A stretch of 64,000 nucleotides of DNA from Candidatus Heimdallarchaeota archaeon (lineage in GTDB: Archaea > Asgardarchaeota > Heimdallarchaeia > Hodarchaeales > Hodarchaeaceae): contig CP070695.1 of NCBI GenBank assembly GCA_020353515.1, positions 2,514,055-2,578,054 of the forward strand, in the 5' to 3' direction. Below, one piece after another: positions 60,079-64,000 of this stretch. Position numbers and translations under genes: made by a program. Every line of letters begins with the position of its first letter. Positions within the stretch are counted from its first letter, which is position 1. Below the pieces are notes generated by a model. The model saw nothing but the letters and a program-made list of their open reading frames with translations. It did not search any database and was not told the origin of the DNA.

Positions 60079-61005
60079 CTAGCTTGTAGACAAATGATAA
60101 GGTGATTTTCGCATGTGTTTAGAGAGCTCCTGCAAGATAAGTAATCGTTTCACGAGAGTTTTGTCATAAAGTCGACAAAGTTCATCCTTATCAAGCTTTT
60201 TCTCGATACCATGAAGAATTTTATCAACTGTGGTAAAACCACCAAGCAGTTCTTCCTTGTTGTTAAAACTGGGGATGATATCAGGATCAGCTGGTTTATT
60301 ACGAATGAATTCAGGTACTTGGAGGTATTCAGCAAGCTCTTCAAGGTTACTACGGTAAACGTGTATCAGAGGCATAACATCTGCGCAATGATCAACACCC
60401 CACTTGGAAAACGTACCAGTCAACCATTCTGTGCGATTAGCTGCTCCCACAACCATAAGGTTACGCACTTCCGCAAATTGGTAAAGTACAACCATCCTAA
60501 CACGATGCTTAGAGATAGCGTAAGCATTTCCTTTTGCTACCCAAGAATTCGCTTTAGGTCTCAAACGATTAACTAATATGTCTTCTTCATCTTTGGAAAG
60601 CTTTTTTGATCTTCCATAGCCAATAGCTCTCTCGCGTAACCCTCTGGTTGGTACAAAACGAAGTGGCAGAAGTTTGTAGGTTCCTGTAGCTTTGAGGATT
60701 GAAGTGATGGATTTAACAGTCAGTTGGACATTAAGATGCTCAGCTAGCTGCTTGGCATGTCTTTGATGTATCGGATTACTATCTTTCTCTGGCATGTTTA
60801 ATAGATGAACTTTTTCAGCTCCTAAACTATAAACAGTGAGAGTAGCAGCTACTGCCGAGTCCAATCCACCACTCACACTGACCACAGCCCCGTCACGGTT
60901 GAGATTATGTACCATCGATCTGAGAAAATCGGCTATTTCGTTACAAACAACAGATGCGTCAAAGATTATTCCACTACTATTGTTATTTTTAGGTCTTGAA
61001 GTCAT
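60079..61005 (-). CDS. nadE: NH3-dependent NAD+ synthetase
   Basis: SGGLDSAV, RVRMVVLY, NRTE, KWG. Confidence 0.88.
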   Translation of the reverse strand: MTSRPKNNNSSGIIFDASVVCNEIADFLRSMVHNLNRDGAVVSVSGGLDSAVAATLTVYSLGAEKVHLLNMPEKDSNPIHQRHAKQLAEHLNVQLTVKSITSILKATGTYKLLPLRFVPTRGLRERAIGYGRSKKLSKDEEDILVNRLRPKANSWVAKGNAYAISKHRVRMVVLYQFAEVRNLMVVGAANRTEWLTGTFSKWGVDHCADVMPLIHVYRSNLEELAEYLQVPEFIRNKPADPDIIPSFNNKEELLGGFTTVDKILHGIEKKLDKDELCRLYDKTLVKRLLILQELSKHMRKSPYHLSTS

Positions 61006-61182
61006 TGGATTATCTCATTTTTTTCCTTAATTACCTGACAGTGAATACGAAATGTTACACAAATTCAGTTATTTATGATTAAAATCCTTTTATTGATATT
61101 CCCAAAATAAATGCGAATGCTGTTATTATGAAAACTATCCAATGTAGGGATAGCAAGGAATAATACGATATATGCTAACATA

Positions 61183-62436
61183 CTACCTGATTAAGAAAAG
61201 TGGCTCCCCTGTGAACAGTAATAGTTCATCAGAGAACACAGCTGGATAAAAAACATACTTAGTAGCAGTTGAAACATCAATTGTCCAAGAATAGATATCC
61301 TGCTCTTCTTGAACCACTTTTTTCAATACATTCCAATCTCCAAAACTTCTTATACGATCAAGGTTATATAAAATCCCTATTTCGTCAATACGATTATCAG
61401 AGAATTGAACACAAGTTATTATTAATGATTTATTATCTGTTATCATGTGATTTATTTCAGGGATAGAATAAGGTTCCTCTCCACTTGTAATAAACTGGCA
61501 CCATATTTTAACTGGCACCCAGAATTTTGGTTCTCCTAAAAACCAGTGATCAAAGCCAACATGTACCGACAGTGCGTTAAATTTTGTATCTGGTAGATGT
61601 GAAAACGTTTTTTGGATTTGTTCAAGATTAAAAAACCTATCATTGGTAATATTCAGCATCAGTGTTGGTGCATGTGCTAATGAAGCGTACATCAGTGGTT
61701 CAAAAGCATTCAAGAAGGTATGACATTTTTCAGTGTTCCATTCTAACCCATACCATTCAACAGGACTTTTTCCTGGATGTTCTTTTGACCAATCTCCCGC
61801 TACAGCTATATTCACTGCAAATGCAATGCGTTGATATTTTGATTCCACCCCATTGGCAATAAATGACGCTATCCCTCCTCCTGAAAAACCTCCTATTCCA
61901 ACGAGAGAAGGATTGATTTCGGGGAATGATTGAAGTAATGTCACTCCCCTCAATAAAGCGACCACATTATGGTAGTAAAACGAAGCTTTAGGCCCATCCT
62001 CAGAGGAAACATTCGTACACGATGCTGCTGACTCTGATATGCCAGTTGAAGAGTAATTTCGGCTGTTAACCCCAGGACTATCAATTAAAAGAATTCCAAA
62101 CCCCAAAGATTCAGCTAGGTACTTACCTAGAGGATAAACTTGCATGTAATTATATCCACCACCATGAACCATAACCATGCCAGGAATAACTGTTCCTTTA
62201 GGAATTTCTGCTGGTTTAATGTAAACAGCATGGATCTGGACTGTAACATGGCTTCTATAGTATAGATGTTTTTGAACTAGGTTTTGAGTTCCACTAAGGA
62301 GTTCCTCTGAAAGCCATTTAATATCTAGAGTGGAACTATCATCAATGATACCTTTTTCAGGCCAGAAGTCTGGTAATAGGGCATTTTCTTGGTTTTCTTT
62401 AGAAGACAAGTTCTTTACACTCACTTTCCTGAACAA
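61183..62436 (-). CDS. alpha/beta hydrolase (acetylxylan esterase/S9-like)
   Basis: VHGGG, GFSGGG, NDRFF, FDHW. Confidence 0.8.
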   Translation of the reverse strand: MFRKVSVKNLSSKENQENALLPDFWPEKGIIDDSSTLDIKWLSEELLSGTQNLVQKHLYYRSHVTVQIHAVYIKPAEIPKGTVIPGMVMVHGGGYNYMQVYPLGKYLAESLGFGILLIDSPGVNSRNYSSTGISESAASCTNVSSEDGPKASFYYHNVVALLRGVTLLQSFPEINPSLVGIGGFSGGGIASFIANGVESKYQRIAFAVNIAVAGDWSKEHPGKSPVEWYGLEWNTEKCHTFLNAFEPLMYASLAHAPTLMLNITNDRFFNLEQIQKTFSHLPDTKFNALSVHVGFDHWFLGEPKFWVPVKIWCQFITSGEEPYSIPEINHMITDNKSLIITCVQFSDNRIDEIGILYNLDRIRSFGDWNVLKKVVQEEQDIYSWTIDVSTATKYVFYPAVFSDELLLFTGEPLFLIR

Positions 62437-62560
62437 TTATGACCATCAGCTAGTTCAAAAATGGTTCCATAGGACGTGATTATAAGCGTGTTTAGTACAA
62501 CAATCATTCTTTTTCAATCTTAGATGAGTCACTAGATTTAGGAATCTTTCAAGTTTTAAT

Positions 62561-62896
62561 ATGACAAGTATTCAAAAAAAAGAATGTTTCCTATGGATTT
62601 CCACAAATCATTTTTTTGTATTATCCTCCTCCTCATATTATACCTTATTCCTGTTGGTGGGCAGAAACCGTGATTATACTCCTACGCATGCTCCTGAGCA
62701 GCTTGTTCAGGAATATCCACAATCGTCTTATGCTCATTTCTATTTAGGGACTAGATATGAACGACTTGGGAAAGTCAATTTAGCCATTAATAATTTCAAA
62801 AAAGCAATTGAAATGGAAAAAAAAACGCAATTACCTGAATCAGAAAAACTACTCGTATATCGAATAAACCTGCAAGATCTTGAAAAAAAGGAATGA
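62561..62896 (+). CDS. single-TPR protein, possibly a 5'-truncated remnant
   Basis: YPQSSYAHFYLGTRYERLGKVNLAINNFKKAIE. Confidence 0.5.
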   Translation: MTSIQKKECFLWISTNHFFVLSSSSYYTLFLLVGRNRDYTPTHAPEQLVQEYPQSSYAHFYLGTRYERLGKVNLAINNFKKAIEMEKKTQLPESEKLLVYRINLQDLEKKE

Positions 62897-63288
62897 AAAA
62901 CTAGTGTCTCTGATTCTGAAAGAAGTAGTGATAGCATTTCACGAATGAAAAATATTCCTATCTCACTTTTTTCCAAAACTTTCATCAAATCGTTAGTAAA
63001 GAATAAAAATTACCTTAAATCAATCAATCTTAGATAATCTTCTCTTAATCACATTGTGAACCATTTTGATAAGATATAATTGAAAAACTACAATGCAAAA
63101 ATAGCAATGCAATATGTAATTTTATTGTCCTTACACATTTTTAATGTAATTATGATTGGAGAATGTATTCAAAGAAGATCTTATCTATCTATCGATAAAT
63201 AGACAGCGATAATCCTTATGACATTGACAATTTATTGCGTAGAAAGGATAAATGACTTTTAGAGCATTAAAGGAGGTTGAATAAAAAA

Positions 63289-64000
63289 ATGAGCTATTCT
63301 CTAGAACCAGCAAAACCTAAAACCATATTACAGTTTTTTGTATTATTATTAGGAATTTCGATAACCTTCAGTATTGTAGGTGCTTCATTAATATCTATCG
63401 CATTATGTCTTCCCCACACACCATACAAAACAGTTCAAAATCCGATAATTAATCAAATCTATAGAGAAATGGGGCCGTTTCAGACTTTTTATAATCGAAC
63501 TTCAAATGAGAACATATCCCTTACAGAAGTGAGAGAGATTGAAGAAGAAAGTGCCTTAAGCCTAGAAATCGTACGAATGAACGGTACAGCTGTTTTCAAA
63601 AAAGAAGCATGTTTTTTATTTTTTTGTTATAATAATGGGACAGCCTATCAGGTAAATTGTGAACAAACTGACATTTCACTTGATCTGTTCCGCCTACGAT
63701 TTAAACTTGAGTATCAACACACGAAAGAAAGCCTCATCACCAGGATTGACGGAGATTATTCTGAACCATACTACTCAGTTCATCAATTGAGCCCTGTGGA
63801 ATGGCCTGAAGCTGTTGCAACCCAAATAAGGAACAACTTTGCTGTTTATTTCAAAGATTCTCTCCTGATCTTCTCTTTATTGGGAAATATTATCGCGATC
63901 ATTTTTGCAGTTATTTTCTTTACAGCACGTTATCTAGGATGGTTATTCGGTAGTCGTTGGCTCAACTACTTTATCCTCAAGAGATTGCACGGAATACTGG
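63289..64000 (+). CDS. membrane protein with an extracellular loop, runs off the window edge
   Basis: AAGGAGGT SD, ATG 63289, frame open to 64000 (MSYSLEPAKPKTILQFFVLLLG...). Confidence 0.75.
   Translation, partial: MSYSLEPAKPKTILQFFVLLLGISITFSIVGASLISIALCLPHTPYKTVQNPIINQIYREMGPFQTFYNRTSNENISLTEVREIEEESALSLEIVRMNGTAVFKKEACFLFFCYNNGTAYQVNCEQTDISLDLFRLRFKLEYQHTKESLITRIDGDYSEPYYSVHQLSPVEWPEAVATQIRNNFAVYFKDSLLIFSLLGNIIAIIFAVIFFTARYLGWLFGSRWLNYFILKRLHGIL

Noticed and set aside
1214-62988. Numerous 60-120 aa ORFs antisense to or nested in long genes (e.g. 13730-14089, 20618-20854, 33200-33514, 43144-43422, 60211-60576)
   Set aside because: Shadow frames of well-supported genes with no motifs of their own

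Overview
AT-rich, gene-dense archaeal DNA, most consistent with an Asgard archaeon (Heimdallarchaeia/Hodarchaeales-like). This assignment is an inference from two Rab-like GTPases, a probable pseudo-GTPase, a longin-domain protein, a RING-finger protein, GGTGA/GGAGG SD sites and S/T-linker-TM-basic-tail surface proteins. No rRNA, tRNA, CRISPR array or transposase was recognised. The highlight is a ~10 kb light- and pigment-related cluster (8553-18502). It holds heliorhodopsin, class I CPD photolyase, UvsE, a Staygreen (Mg-dechelatase-family) protein, a tocopherol-cyclase-family protein, DUF1295 plus a relic second copy next to HeR, a Zn-ribbon-tailed MFS exporter, a PlsC-type acyltransferase and two unknown membrane proteins. 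Other notable items: a Moco-oxidoreductase fused to a cytochrome b561-like domain, an 8-repeat Ca-binding surface protein, two parallel ABC-exporter/membrane-protein/wHTH modules sharing an ACTTTG-N5-CAAAGT motif, an OB-fold-RING fusion, a secreted caspase/CHAT-like protein with a hydrophobic tail, and several pseudogenes missed or only partly captured by the ORF track. All family calls come from motif recognition by eye; no database search was run.
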